DNA of 63,926 nt, the filler included, from Octopus bimaculoides (lineage: Eukaryota): NCBI RefSeq assembly GCF_001194135.2. It is 6 parts of 6 records of this genome, joined end to end, with 100 filler letters (N's around TTAATTAATTAA, not from the genome) between each part and the next. Parts side by side here need not be neighbours in the genome. Positions count along the whole stretch, not along the records: positions 20,072 to 38,273 come from NC_068986.1; 5 more parts are not named here. The stretch is one strand, 5' to 3'. The first letter of the stretch is position 1; each line of letters starts with the position of its first letter. Shown here piece after piece: positions 25,953 through 38,029 of this stretch. The translations under genes and the position numbers were made by a program. A model generated the notes under the pieces. That model did not search any database. It saw only the letters and a program-made list of their open reading frames with translations, and had not been told where the DNA came from.

Positions 25953-26215
25953 GTGTGTATGTATTTATATAAGCCTGTATGTATATGCTTATATCTATTG
26001 CGTATGTCTGCGACTGTGTTTGTTCCCCACCACAACTTGACAACCAGCGCTGGTTTGATTATGTCCCCATAAATGAACGGTTCGGTAAAAATGACCGACA
26101 GAGTAAGTACCAGGCTTTGACAAAAAAAGTACTGGGGTCGAATCGTTCGAACAAAACCTTCCAAGGCGATGCCCCAGCTTGATCGCAGTCTAATGATTAA
26201 AACAAGTAACAAATC
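25920..26215 (+). mobile_element. SINE family DA: (TG)n plus 3' module
   Basis: gtgtttgttccccaccacaacttgacaaccagcgctgg...ctggggtcgaatcgttcg...gcagtctaatgattaaaacaag. Confidence 0.8.
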
Positions 26216-26271
26216 AAAGACAAATCTTAAACAGCTGAAGAGCATTTATAATAATACAAATAAATCTTAAT

Positions 26272-26480
26272 ACGGTGAGCTGGCAGAATCGTTAGCACGC
26301 TGGGCAAAATGCTTAGCGGCTTTTCATCCGTCATTACGAGTTCAAATTCTGCTGAGGCCAGCTTTGTCTTTTGTCCCTTTCGGGGTTGATAAAATAAGTA
26401 CTAGTAGAGCATTGGGGGTCGATGTAATCGACTTACCCCCGCCCCCGAAATTGCTGGCCATATGCCAAAATTTGAAATCG
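26272..26480 (+). mobile_element. SINE family B
   Basis: gagctggcagaatcgttagcacgc...gagttcaaattctgc...ggggtcgatgtaatcgacttacccc...gctggccatatgccaaaatttgaa. Confidence 0.9.
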
Positions 26481-26543
26481 TGATCAATAAATCTCCTTAA
26501 ACACCCTCAGCGTAGTTTCAACTTCATTTATTTAGTCTATACT

Positions 26544-26756
26544 CTTTTCTACTCTAGACACAAGGCCCGAAATTTTGGGGGAGGGGCTAGACGATTAGAT
26601 CGATCGCAGTACGCAGCTGGTACTTAATTCCTCGACCCTAAAAGGATGAAAGGCAAAGTCGACCACGGCGGAATTTGAACTCAGAACGTAAAGACAGACG
26701 AAATACCGCTAAGCATTTCGCCCGGCGTGCTAACGTTTCTACCACCTCACCGCCTT
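26544..26756 (-). mobile_element. Full-length SINE family B with 18-bp TSD
   Basis: Reverse complement of the family B consensus. TSD atttatttagtctatact (26526-26543) / atttattcagtctatact (26757-26774). Confidence 0.92.
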
Positions 26757-26774
26757 ATTTATTCAGTCTATACT

Positions 26775-27112
26775 TACTATTTGAAACGTTTTAGGCATTC
26801 CGTCAAAAACAACCTTGAGGCTCTGAGCGTGAATCTTGAAGACAGGGAGCAGATGACGGAAATCGATCGGTTTGGAAATAAGTGGTCTACAATGGTCGTA
26901 AAGTATTTGAAAGACGGAGAATCAGACAATCCATCTTGAAACGAACACTTCGTGAAAAGGGAGTTGAATTCAATCCCAGTTATTTTTTTCTGCCTGCATA
27001 TGTTTGTAGCATATGTTTCTCCAAAGCCGGACTTGCAAGTTTTACGAGATCTCATGACGGCAGTTACTAATCGAAGAGATGGCCTTCTTCTGAAAAGATG
27101 TGGCAATCGCCA
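26775..27112 (+). mobile_element. RTE-clade LINE 3' end
   Basis: KRFRHSVKNNLEALSVNLEDREQM...KWSTMVVK, then AYVCSICFSKAGLASFTRSH, the RTE-type terminal C2H2-like motif. Confidence 0.75.
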
Positions 27113-27250
27113 TATACATGCATGCATACATACATACACGCACACACACAGATACATATATACATACATACATGCATACATATATACATACATACATACA
27201 TACACATACATATATACTTATATACATACTATATGTTTGTCTGTCTGTAG

Positions 27251-27305
<55 letters not shown>

Positions 27306-27364
27306 TATGTATGTATGTATGTATGTATGTATGTATGTATGTATTATACAGCCATTTTATTCAA

Positions 27365-27506
27365 TATATCGCTGGCGGGAATGAATCGTTGCTATCACTA
27401 GCGGTCGAGCATTCATCATTGATAAAACCAAGGAAGTTCGAAATCACGTGATCCGTTGGACTCGGTGCTAAACGTGGTGGGGATTTACCTCCCCGCTGGC
27501 GATATA
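27365..27506. mobile_element. ~140-bp MITE-like element with imperfect ~24-bp TIRs
   Basis: tatatcgctggcgggaatgaatc (27365-27387) versus the reverse complement of 27482-27506, tatatcgccagcggggaggtaaatc. TA at both ends; internal palindrome ATCACGTGAT. Confidence 0.55.
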
Positions 27507-27625
27507 AACAAGAGTGCATTTTGCACCAAAAGGCTAATATGTTGGTTTCACTACCGCAGCATAATTTGTTCTAGCAGAACATCCGCGCTTACGTGGGGAT
27601 AATCATTACCTTATATTTGAAGTGT

Positions 27626-27993
27626 GTGGAGGCGCAATGGCCCAGTGGTTAGGGCAGCGGACTCGCGGTCATAGGATCGCGATTTCGATTCCCAGATCGG
27701 GCGTTGTGAGTGTTTATTGAGCGAAAACGCCTAAAGCTCCACGAGATTCCGGCAGGGGATGGTGGCGAACCTTGCTGTACTCTTTCACCACAACTTTCTC
27801 TCACTTTTACTTCCTGTTTCTGTTGTGCCTGTAATTCAAAGGGTCAGCCTTGTCACACGAGATCTACGTTAAGGGTACACGTGTCTGTGGAGTGCTCAGC
27901 CACTTGCACGTTAATTTCACGAGTAGGCTGTTCCGTTGATCGGATCAACTGGAACCCTCGACGTCGTTAGCGACGGAGTGCCAACAACAACAG
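27626..27993 (+). mobile_element. Full-length SINE family C (tRNA-Arg-like head) with perfect 12-bp TSD
   Basis: Head ggcgcaatggcccagtggttagggcagcggactcgcggtcataggatcgcgatttcgattccc resembles tRNA-Arg. (CAA)n tail. TSD tatttgaagtgt at 27614-27625 and 27994-28005. May correspond to the published octopus Arg-derived OR SINEs (unverified). Confidence 0.92.
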
Positions 27994-28439
27994 TATTTGA
28001 AGTGTATAATAATAATTAAAGTGGTGAACTTTACTGAATGAACAGATCAGACACGACGCACCTCAATAGATTTTATTATAAATAGCCTAATCTAAATCAT
28101 AATCATTTCATCACTGATTGCTGATATTCAATGACCACTTTTAATATATTTTAATCTCAAATTAATTACTAACTAATACTGACATATGAGTGTCTATGCT
28201 ATCGATTATGACAGGAAGCCAGGTGCGTCTTCTCTAAGAAGCGACCGACAAACAGTGAAAGGACCCATCAGAAGAAGACTTCTTCCGTCTTTTTTCCACT
28301 CATCAAAAGGATAGGAGAAACATGTTTACATACTTATATTCACACAGTGAGATTTTGTTATACACGCACACACACACACATTCACGCTGTGAGGTTTTGT
28401 TATACATATATGAATATATGTATGCTTATATATTGAATA

Positions 28440-28665
28440 TATGTTTGTGTGTGCGTGTGTGTGTGTGTGTCCCGCACACCCGCTTGACAATCGATGTTAG
28501 CCAGTCTATGTTCCCTGAACTTAGCGATTCGGAACAAGAGCGTGAGAGAATAAGTACCAGACTTTAAAAAAGAAGTACTACGGTCGATTTGCTCGTCTAA
28601 ACCCTTCAAAGGCGGTGCCCCAGCATGGCCGCAGTCTAATGGCTGAAACAAGTTAGTGACAAAAG
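28440..28665 (+). mobile_element. SINE family DA: (TG)n plus 3' module
   Basis: ccgcttgacaatcgatgttag...aataagtaccag...ggtcgatttgctcgtctaaacccttcaaaggcggtgccccagcatggccgcagtc. Confidence 0.85.
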
Positions 28666-28700
28666 ATAAAAAGGTATAATGAGTTAGAAAACGGGTGGGA

Positions 28701-28738
<38 letters not shown>

Positions 28739-28833
28739 TCAGACAGACAGATAGGTAAATAGATAGATAGATAAGCAAGCAGGCAGGCAGGCAGAACAGA
28801 CAGACATACAGACAGATAGATAGAGAGATAGAG

Positions 28834-28900
<67 letters not shown>

Positions 28901-30184
28901 GAGTAAATGTAATGACACTAATTATGATTTGTGAATATCAACAATATGGCAGGAGGAAATCCCTTAATAGCAGAGCCTTCTACTTACTGAATACAACCAT
29001 ATTCGTGTCTAGTTAACAGAACACTCCCCTGAGGTTATTTACCCACTGCTTAGATGAAAATTCTGCTTTTATCTTATTTTACAATCTACCACTGAATGTG
29101 GAACATTGTTTATAGTAAAACACTGTAGAAAAGTTAACGAGATATCCATATCACCGGTCGGTCATTTACCTAACAGCATTGAACACAAAAGAAACAGTCC
29201 TAATACATAAGGATTGAACTGCTGTTGCCATTCTGTGAGGAACGCTCGAGGGTGGTCAAAATAAAATGAACATACCAGCAAAATAGATTACTGGACGATA
29301 AACCGGACATGCCATTAAAACAAGTTAGCCTTCTCTCAGGAAAAGATCGAGTGGGGAGAATTATCAGACAGTTCGATACTTACTATCATTAAATGTATAA
29401 TGAACAAGTAATTTAATAGCCACCAACTGCGCTTGTGTTCTCTATTATTCTCGTAACCCTGGGTTCTCTATGTGCAAAAATACCAGGACCCCTTTCACCA
29501 CGTAGATATATCGTTGAAAGCCTACTAACTGTAGTATTTGTCCAGAAATAATACCTCGTATAGAGGGACAATGCTAAAAATAGAAGCAGCATTAGTTTAA
29601 AACAGAAATCAGTGTAAAATACTAAATCTAGATACATAATGCTTTTTTTTATTCTGTAACGTCTATGAGAGATGCTATCTCAAGACGAATACCGTAGTTA
29701 ATAGGCTTCAAACAATATATTTAAGTATGATATACAAATTGCAAAGTATTTGTAAAATTTCATCCCCCGCTCCGATACATTATTAATGAGAAACCAAATT
29801 AGTTTGTAACCATAAATTCTTCTTACTTCTCTATGGAAAATTTTTTTAAAGTAGCTGAATTTTGTTAAATATAAATACTTGTTTTTAATTTGTCACCCTT
29901 TTCAATTCTCACAGCCTCCATTCCAGGAAGAGTCTGTCCCCTTCTTGCGAGAATCATTACATTTAGCCACCCAGAGAACTATGAAGTCAGTGAAGACATG
30001 AGAAGACAAGCTAATAATTCTCCCAAATGAAAATCTAGTCTTCAGAAAAAACTCCCTAAGGCTGTATATTCAATGCGAATCTAGAGTTATGTATTGAAAA
30101 CTTTATCAACAGCATCACGTCTTGTGAGTCTTTAGATCTGGCGGAGCCCAACACAGTCCTTACCTAGCCATAATTAAATTCTTC

Positions 30185-30352
30185 CCTGTAGAAGAATCGA
30201 CTGCAATACAAGATTGATACTTTGTCTATTGATCCCGAGGGCATGGAACGTAAATTAAACCTCAGCGGGATTAGAACTCAAAGCGAAGAGAGCCGTAACT
30301 ATTACCTCAAAGCAATTTATCCACTGCTCTACCGATTCTGCTAGTTGACCAC
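30185..30352 (-). mobile_element. Diverged SINE family B copy
   Basis: attgatcccgaggg...aacctcagcgggattagaactca...ctctaccgattctgctagttgacc. Confidence 0.6.
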
Positions 30353-30369
30353 CTATATGTGTCTTTACA

Positions 30370-30417
<48 letters not shown>

Positions 30418-30559
30418 CACACACGGACATACACACACACATACACACACACACGCACAATTATATGTGCGTGTGTGTGTACTTATATATATACATACAT
30501 ATGTTTGTGTGTGTATATGCACGCGCACGCACACACACATCTACACAAACACACACACT

Positions 30560-30591
<32 letters not shown>

Positions 30592-31214
30592 GACACTCAC
30601 ACACACACAAACACACACACACACATGATGATTGCCTCATCTTGTCAAATGACAGCCATCTCATATTCTGAGAGAGACGCATTTGTGCGTCAATGGATTC
30701 AAGTGACAAAAACTTTTGCCACTCTCTCTGTCGCCATTGTAGGTTCCAGTGACAAGCATTGCATGATGACTGGAAGTATTCTTATTGCAAGTTTTATACC
30801 AGAGTGTCTTTCTCCTTTTAAGAGCTGCCTTTCGTACGGCTTTGTCAAAAACAATGGGAACCTTCTCTACCCTTGGGAAATGTATTTAACCTATAAACAG
30901 GACCCTGATAGGTACTACAGTTCCGAATCAGAACGGTCCTGGGAGTAATAGTGATGATGAGGTGATTCCACGCTCCCCACAACTCCAGAGCTCTTGGACT
31001 GGAACCTCGCCACCGGATACAATTTAATATTATACCAAGGACATACTTGCACACACACACACACTCGCGCGCGCGCACACACACACACACACATGTTGGG
31101 CTCACCTGTTTTAGACGACAGATAAGGGTTCGGTAATTTCTGGCGGAACAAATTACACAGAAGATTTGTTTGTATTGATCAAATGTTCGTGCTGTACATT
31201 AGTTCGCTCCTTCC

Positions 31215-31360
31215 ATCAAATCGAGATCGCTTGATGCTGAAGTGATCGCAGAGTAACTTGAAATGAAGTATTTTGTTCAAGAACACAATGCATCGCCTGG
31301 TCCGGGAATCGAAACCACGATTTTGCGATCGAGAGTAAAACACAATAACAACTAGGCCGA
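31215..31360 (-). mobile_element. SINE family C-type head
   Basis: gaacacaatgcatcgcctggtccgggaatcgaaaccacgattttgcgatcg is a reverse tRNA-like head with B box. Confidence 0.7.
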
Positions 31361-31589
31361 GTTCCTCACACACACAAGCACACGCGCGCACACACATAAT
31401 TTTTCAGTCAGTTAATTACTTTTACAGTCATGAGAAATTTACGTCCAATGCCCAATGCACAGGGTACCCACCACAAATAAAGAAAGTTTTCATTCACATA
31501 CGATTAAAATCCTCGCCTCAGGGACGAACCCATGTGATTCCAATTAACACAATCTAGCTCTTTTCACAACTAATTTTACTCGAAGTACT

Positions 31590-31760
31590 GATGTGGCCTC
31601 TATGTGTTCACTTGACCTACAAGAAATAGCATGCAAATTTGGCTCTGTTTTAAATTGCAAAGTGACACATTAGTCTATGTAATCCTACACACCTCTAAAA
31701 GACGGGTCAAAACTGCAATACATTTGATCATAGGGTTGAATTGGGGCTAACAACAAAAGC
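31590..31760 (+). mobile_element. SINE-like family F with (AAC)n tail
   Basis: gaaatagc...caaat...aaaagacggg...tgatcatagg...tggggctaacaacaa is shared with minus-strand copies at 41445-42300. Confidence 0.55.
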
Positions 31761-32139
31761 AACATCTGCACTAAATTTGTCGTACTGTAATTTCATTCAC
31801 ATTGCGAATTCTTTGAAAGAAAATAAATCGAATGCAAGACAATAGCGACACTTATTGTCTAACCGCAAATTAGAATATATTACAATTGAAAATCTTTACA
31901 TTAGCATGAAGCCACAAAGATACAAGCTGGGGAGCATACAATGCAATCATGAAAATTTTAAACTTCATGATTCGAACTGTTAGATAGGACACACATGCAC
32001 GACATTTTCTCGTCATTTTACTATGCGTTTATAAGAAGGAGACATTACATCTCATTACAATACAGAACATGAAATAAGACTAGACTGAAGAACTCCTACA
32101 AAAAAATTATTAGATAAGCTATGGTAGCTTTAGTAGTAG

Positions 32140-32800
32140 CAAAAAAAAAAAAAAATCAACGCACTGCTTGAGTTACTTCAAATGTCTGGAAAAATAACAT
32201 GCTAAGGCAATTATAAATCAAGGCAATGATGGTCTTATTTGTTAAGATGCAGCAACAACGCACCACTTCATTCAGAAAAATATGATAGAGACGATCTTAA
32301 AATATTAATGAAATTATGAACGTTATTGTTCCGATTTAAACATAAGGGAATAACATGGAAATATTGGGAAACAAAATCATTAAAAGACATGATTAAACGT
32401 GTCCTCATTATAACATGCTTGAAAGAAAGCTTTTGTTTTCATCCCATTTTTTCTCTCTCTTTCTCTCTCTCTCTCTTTCTCTCTCTCCTTCTTTCCTCTC
32501 TCCCTTCCTCCCTCTTTCTTCACACACTCACGTGCGCATATGTATATGACTGGATATGTTTGAGCTTGACTGGGGAACAGAAATACATCAACCATACACT
32601 CAGCTTATTTGTTGATGACATGAAACTATGTGAGAAATATAGCCGGTACAAAAAACAAAAACAAAAAAAAAAAGCACCTTGACATAGTTTCTTCGTTCAC
32701 AAAGGATATGGGAATTAAATAAGGGCAAATTAATTGCACCTTTATGACAAACCCTTCAAACGAGTCGCTTCATCTACTGATGAGTGTAGCAGTTACCTAA
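32140..32800 (+). mobile_element. Ancient R4/Dong-like RT relic interrupted by (CT)n
   Basis: INHTLSLFVDDMKLCEK...HLDIVSSFTKDMGIK*G..NC matches the R4-clade INHLLFMDDLKLY...FSKDIGMxFGxDKC. Upstream STHCLSYFKCLE resembles SVPHSWILKCLE. Confidence 0.5.
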
Positions 32801-32924
32801 AGATCACTGGGAATAAATTGTATATGATACTTGTAACAAAAACTATTCTGGTGTAATATATCCTAGTTAATGTATTTACTGTTCTTTTTCAATGTTCTTT
32901 TTGTTATCATTAATATTGTTGCTA

Positions 32925-33130
32925 AGGTGGCGAGCTGGCATAATTGTTAGCACGCCGGACAAAATGCTTAAAAATATTTCGTACGCCTTTAAGTTCTGAG
33001 TTCAAATTCTGCCGAGGTCGACTTTGCCTTTCATCCCTTCAGGATCGATAAAATAAATATCAGTCAAGTGCTGGGCTGGCTGTAGTACTCTAGCACCCTC
33101 TCCACCAAAATTTTAGGCTTTGTGCCCAAA
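32925..33130 (+). mobile_element. SINE family B
   Basis: ggtggcgagctggcataattgttagcacgccgg...gagttcaaattctgccgaggtcgactttgcctttcatccc...aggctttgtgccc. Confidence 0.88.
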
Positions 33131-33135
33131 CTATT

Positions 33136-33545
33136 ACAGGTGCAGGCATGTGTGTATTTAATAACGTCACTTCACCATTACATGGTTTCAAGTTGAGTTC
33201 TATTGCGGCGCAGCACCTTGAGTAAGCAACCAATAAACTGTGAGTGGATTTGGTAAACAGAAGCTGTATGAAACCCCGTCGTGTGTGTGTATGTGTGTGC
33301 GTGTGTGTGTGTGTGTCTATACATACACGCATGCATAAAAATCTGTGTGAAAACGCGTAACTTTGGTTTTGACTCTCGCCGCTAGACAATCGGTGCTTTG
33401 TTTGTGTCCTCGTGATTGAGTGGTTCGGTAATGAGAAATGATTATAAGTACCAGCTTTCATCTCTAAAGGTAAGTATTGGGCGCAACATTATCAACTAAT
33501 TATTGGAAGTGTGCTTCAGCATGGTCGCCATCCAATGACAGAAAT
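33136..33545 (+). mobile_element. Near full-length diverged SINE family DA (head, core, microsatellite, 3' module)
   Basis: aggtgcaggcatg...gcaccttgagtaag...gtgagtggatttggtaaac...ccccgtcg, (TG)n, then cgctagacaatcggtgct...ataagtaccag...cagcatggtcgc. Confidence 0.75.
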
Positions 33546-34305
33546 AAAAGAACAATCCCAAATTCACAAGCTATTNNNNNNNNNNNNNNNNNNNNNNNNN
33601 NNNNNNNNNNNNNNNNNNNNNNNNNNNNNNNNNNNNNNNNNNNNNNNNNNNNNNNNNNNNNNNNNNNNNNNNNNNNNNNNNNNNNNNNNNNNNNNNNNNN
33701 NNNNNNNNNNNNNNNNNNNNNNNNNNNNNNNNNNNNNNNNNNNNNNNNNNNNNNNNNNNNNNNNNNNNNNNNNNNNNNNNNNNNNNNNNNNNNNNNNNNN
33801 NNNNNNNNNNNNNNNNNNNNNNNNNNNNNNNNNNNNNNNNNNNNNNNNNNNNNNNNNNNNNNNNNNNNNNNNNNNNNNNNNNNNNNNNNNNNNNNNNNNN
33901 NNNNNNNNNNNNNNNNNNNNNNNNNNNNNNNNNNNNNNNNNNNNNNNNNNNNNNNNNNNNNNNNNNNNNNNNNNNNNNNNNNNNNNNNNNNNNNNNNNNN
34001 NNNNNNNNNNNNNNNNNNNNNNNNNNNNNNNNNNNNNNNNNNNNNNNNNNNNNNNNNNNNNNNNNNNNNNNNNNNNNNNNNNNNNNNNNNNNNNNNNNNN
34101 NNNNNNNNNNNNNNNNNNNNNNNNNNNNNNNNNNNNNNNNNNNNNNNNNNNNNNNNNNNNNNNNNNNNNNNNNNNNNNNNNNNNNNNNNNNNNNNNNNNN
34201 NNNNNNNNNNNNNNNNNNNNNNNNNNNNNNNNNNNNNNNNNNNNNNNNNNNNNNNNNNNNNNNNNNNNNNNNNNNNNNNNNNNNNNNNNNNNNNNNNNNN
34301 NNNNA

Positions 34306-34580
34306 ACGTGCAAGTGGCTGAGTAATTCACAGACACGTGTACCCTTAACGTAGTTCTCGGGGAGATTCAACGTGACAAGGTTGACCCTTTGAATTACAGG
34401 TACAACAGAAACAGGAAGAGTGAGAGAAAGTTGTGGTGAAAGAGTACAGCAGGGTTCGCCACCATCCCCTGCCGGAGCCTCGTGGAGCTTTTAGGTGTTT
34501 ACGCTCAATAAACACTCACAACGCCTGGTCTGGGAATCGAAACCACGATCTTATGACCGCGAGTCCGATGCCCTTACCAC
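34306..34580 (-). mobile_element. SINE family C (3' end in gap)
   Basis: Reverse complement of the 27626 copy, from gtgcaagtggctgag to gggccattgcgcctccaca. Confidence 0.92.
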
Positions 34581-34914
34581 TGGGCCATTGCGCCTCCACA
34601 ATACCAACAATAATAACGGTGGAATATGCTCGTTTCATTTTTCTGAAGGTTGAGAATACTACAGTCTTGAGCAAGGAACTTCAACGGAGAGAAAAGAGAT
34701 GTCAGCTAGTGATGAAAGATATATAAATTGGAATTGATGAGAAAGAGGGGGAATGGGAAGTAATGGAGAAGAAGGAAATAGCAAGTGTTAGCAGACGGAC
34801 TGTGGTGAAGGACAGAAGAATGAGAAAATGAAGGGAACACCAGCGAAATGAGGGGGGAAAATGTTAAGGGGGTAAGAGAAAGAAATGATGGGAAAATTAT
34901 TTACATACATATAT

Positions 34915-35230
34915 ATTCTTTTATTCTTTTACTTGTTTCAGTCATTTGACTGCGGCCATGGTGGAGCACCGCCTTAAAGGGCTTGCTTTTTAGTCGAAGA
35001 AACCGGCTCCAGGACTTATTCTTTGTAAGCCAAGTACTTATTCTATCGGTATCTTATGCCAAACCGCTAAGTTACGGGGACGTAAACACACCAGCATCGG
35101 TTGTCAAGCGATGGTGGAGGGACAAACACAGACATATATATATATAGAGAGAGAGAATAGAGAGAGAGAGAAAGAGAGAGAGAGAGAGGGAGAGAGAGAG
35201 AGAGAGAGAAGCAGAGACAGAAAGAAAGAG
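34915..35230 (-). mobile_element. SINE family DA 3' module plus (TA)/(GA)n internal microsatellite into gap
   Basis: Matches the 23175 copy; here the internal repeat is GA rather than CA. Confidence 0.88.
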
Positions 35231-38029
35231 NNNNNNNNNNNNNNNNNNNNNNNNNNNNNNNNNNNNNNNNNNNNNNNNNNNNNNNNNNNNNNNNNNNNNN
35301 NNNNNNNNNNNNNNNNNNNNNNNNNNNNNNNNNNNNNNNNNNNNNNNNNNNNNNNNNNNNNNNNNNNNNNNNNNNNNNNNNNNNNNNNNNNNNNNNNNNN
35401 NNNNNNNNNNNNNNNNNNNNNNNNNNNNNNNNNNNNNNNNNNNNNNNNNNNNNNNNNNNNNNNNNNNNNNNNNNNNNNNNNNNNNNNNNNNNNNNNNNNN
35501 NNNNNNNNNNNNNNNNNNNNNNNNNNNNNNNNNNNNNNNNNNNNNNNNNNNNNNNNNNNNNNNNNNNNNNNNNNNNNNNNNNNNNNNNNNNNNNNNNNNN
35601 NNNNNNNNNNNNNNNNNNNNNNNNNNNNNNNNNNNNNNNNNNNNNNNNNNNNNNNNNNNNNNNNNNNNNNNNNNNNNNNNNNNNNNNNNNNNNNNNNNNN
35701 NNNNNNNNNNNNNNNNNNNNNNNNNNNNNNNNNNNNNNNNNNNNNNNNNNNNNNNNNNNNNNNNNNNNNNNNNNNNNNNNNNNNNNNNNNNNNNNNGACC
35801 AACCTATCATCCTGTAGTCATTCCTCTTGCTTGTTCCTTTTAAGATTTTAATCGCTTCCCCAACCGCAGAAGTTTTAACTGCTACTTGCATGAATTATGT
35901 CAGTTTACCGAAGATTTCTCAACTCGCTATATGACATATGTAAGACTATATGGTATTTTCGTAATTTGTATAGAGAAGGGCATTCCCTTGAGGTGTTTCC
36001 CGCAGTTAAATTCCATCCTGGAAACGGAAACTGAAACGCAGTTTCAAATTTCAGTAAGAGTAATTTCAATTCGCTGCTTCTATTGAATCATGTACAGTTA
36101 AGAAACTAAACTAAAATACATGAACGTGGAAACATGATTAACTCTGCTTCTCGTTTTTTGGTCTTCTCACATGTCATATGTTCATATGCGGCCTTTGTAG
36201 TATCGAGTTTAAAACATGAACACAATACAAATATATCGTGGTAATAATAACGTTTGTCGTTTCATATAATTTAAACTGTGTCCTCCAACTGTTTAATAAC
36301 GATCGTGACCACTTACGCCACTAGCACCGGAGCTACCACCACCACCACCACCACCACCTCCATCATCATCATCATCATCATCATCACCAGCCATCGTCAC
36401 CATCGCCGCTACCACCACTAGATCCATCAGCGTATTGGCCAACATCATCTGTCATTATCACCAATAACTTATAACTTCCATCGTCTACCCCTCCCCTCAT
36501 GAACACCCAACATTTTGACTGCCACTACCACCACCACCACCGTATCACCACCGCCACCACTACCACCATCACCGTACTACCACCACTACCACCACCACCA
36601 CCACCACCATCATCAACAACAACAACAGATATAAAAAAAAGGGCGCAGTACGGCATATNNNNNNNNNNNNNNNNNNNNNNNNNNNNNNNNNNNNNNNNNN
36701 NNNNNNNNNNNNNNNNNNNNNNNNNNNNNNNNNNNNNNNNNNNNNNNNNNNNNNNNNNNNNNNNNNNNNNNNNNNNNNNNNNNNNNNNNNNNNNNNNNNN
36801 NNNNNNNNNNNNNNNNNNNNNNNNNNNNNNNNNNNNNNNNNNNNNNNNNNNNNNNNNNNNNNNNNNNNNNNNNNNNNNNNNNNNNNNNNNNNNNNNNNNN
36901 NNNNNNNNNNNNNNNNNNNNNNNNNNNNNNNNNNNNNNNNNNNNNNNNNNNNNNNNNNNNNNNNNNNNNNNNNNNNNNNNNNNNNNNNNNNNNNNNNNNN
37001 NNNTACCACCATCACCGTACTACCACCACTACCACCACCACCACCACCACCATCATCAACAACAACAACAGATATAAAAAAAAGGGCGCAGTACGGCATA
37101 TGTGAAACAATAACAATTGCGAGTACGTTTGATTTCCCTCGTGCGTGACTGTGGCATAAACTCATGTGACATCACAACGGTCGTTTTCGTGATGGCGACG
37201 GTAGTAGTGATGGAAAGAATGATACGGGAGTGGGGGTTAATGTGTGTGTGTGTATGTGTATGTGTGTATGCGTATGTATGTGTGTGTGTGTGTGTGTGTG
37301 TGCTTTAATTGTATTCTCGTGATTATTTCTCAGTCCTGTTCGTGGCAGAGATAGATTTGGGTCAAAGGTGCTATGGAATCGTCCGTGCTCTCTTTTGTTT
37401 CCCTCATTTCTAAATCTATTTTTTGTTTGTTTGTTATTTGCTAATATGATCCAAACGAGCAACCGTACACTAATGCAGTTCCTACGTGATCGGTCACCAT
37501 GTTAGAAGTAGCAGTCAAATTGCCATCAAACTACTCTCCACCGTTCTAGAAACACATTGCATAAAGTAATCCAAAATGGTTTCTTCCTTTTCTTCTCTCG
37601 TCTTCTTGGGTAATCTCTCTTTCGTGTCCAAGGGAGACGATTCTGCAATTTCTTACTGAACAACCTGTACAGATGATTTACTCTTTTATTCTTTAACTCT
37701 TTTACTAGTTTCAGTCATTTGACTGTGGCCATGCTGGACTACCTCCTTCTCCCTTAATTTCAGGTCTTGTGCCAAAATTTGAAATCAATATTTATATCGA
37801 AAAATTTTTGCCTCGTGCCAAGATTTCAAGCTAATATTTCCTATTGACAAATAATGCAGTGAGCTGGCAGAATCGTTAGCACGCTGGGAAAAATGCTCAA
37901 CGGTAAATTCCGCCGATGTTAACTGTAGTGAAACTACCTATCGTCACTAGATACAAAACTACTATCGCCATTACATACAATCTTCTCATTTAAATATAAA
38001 TAAATGCGAGCGTAGTAGAGAACCCATTC

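Noticed and set aside
27626-27705. tRNA-Arg-like sequence (and other tRNA-like heads)
   Set aside because: It continues into a SINE body with tail and TSD, and the acceptor stem does not close; it is not a tRNA gene.
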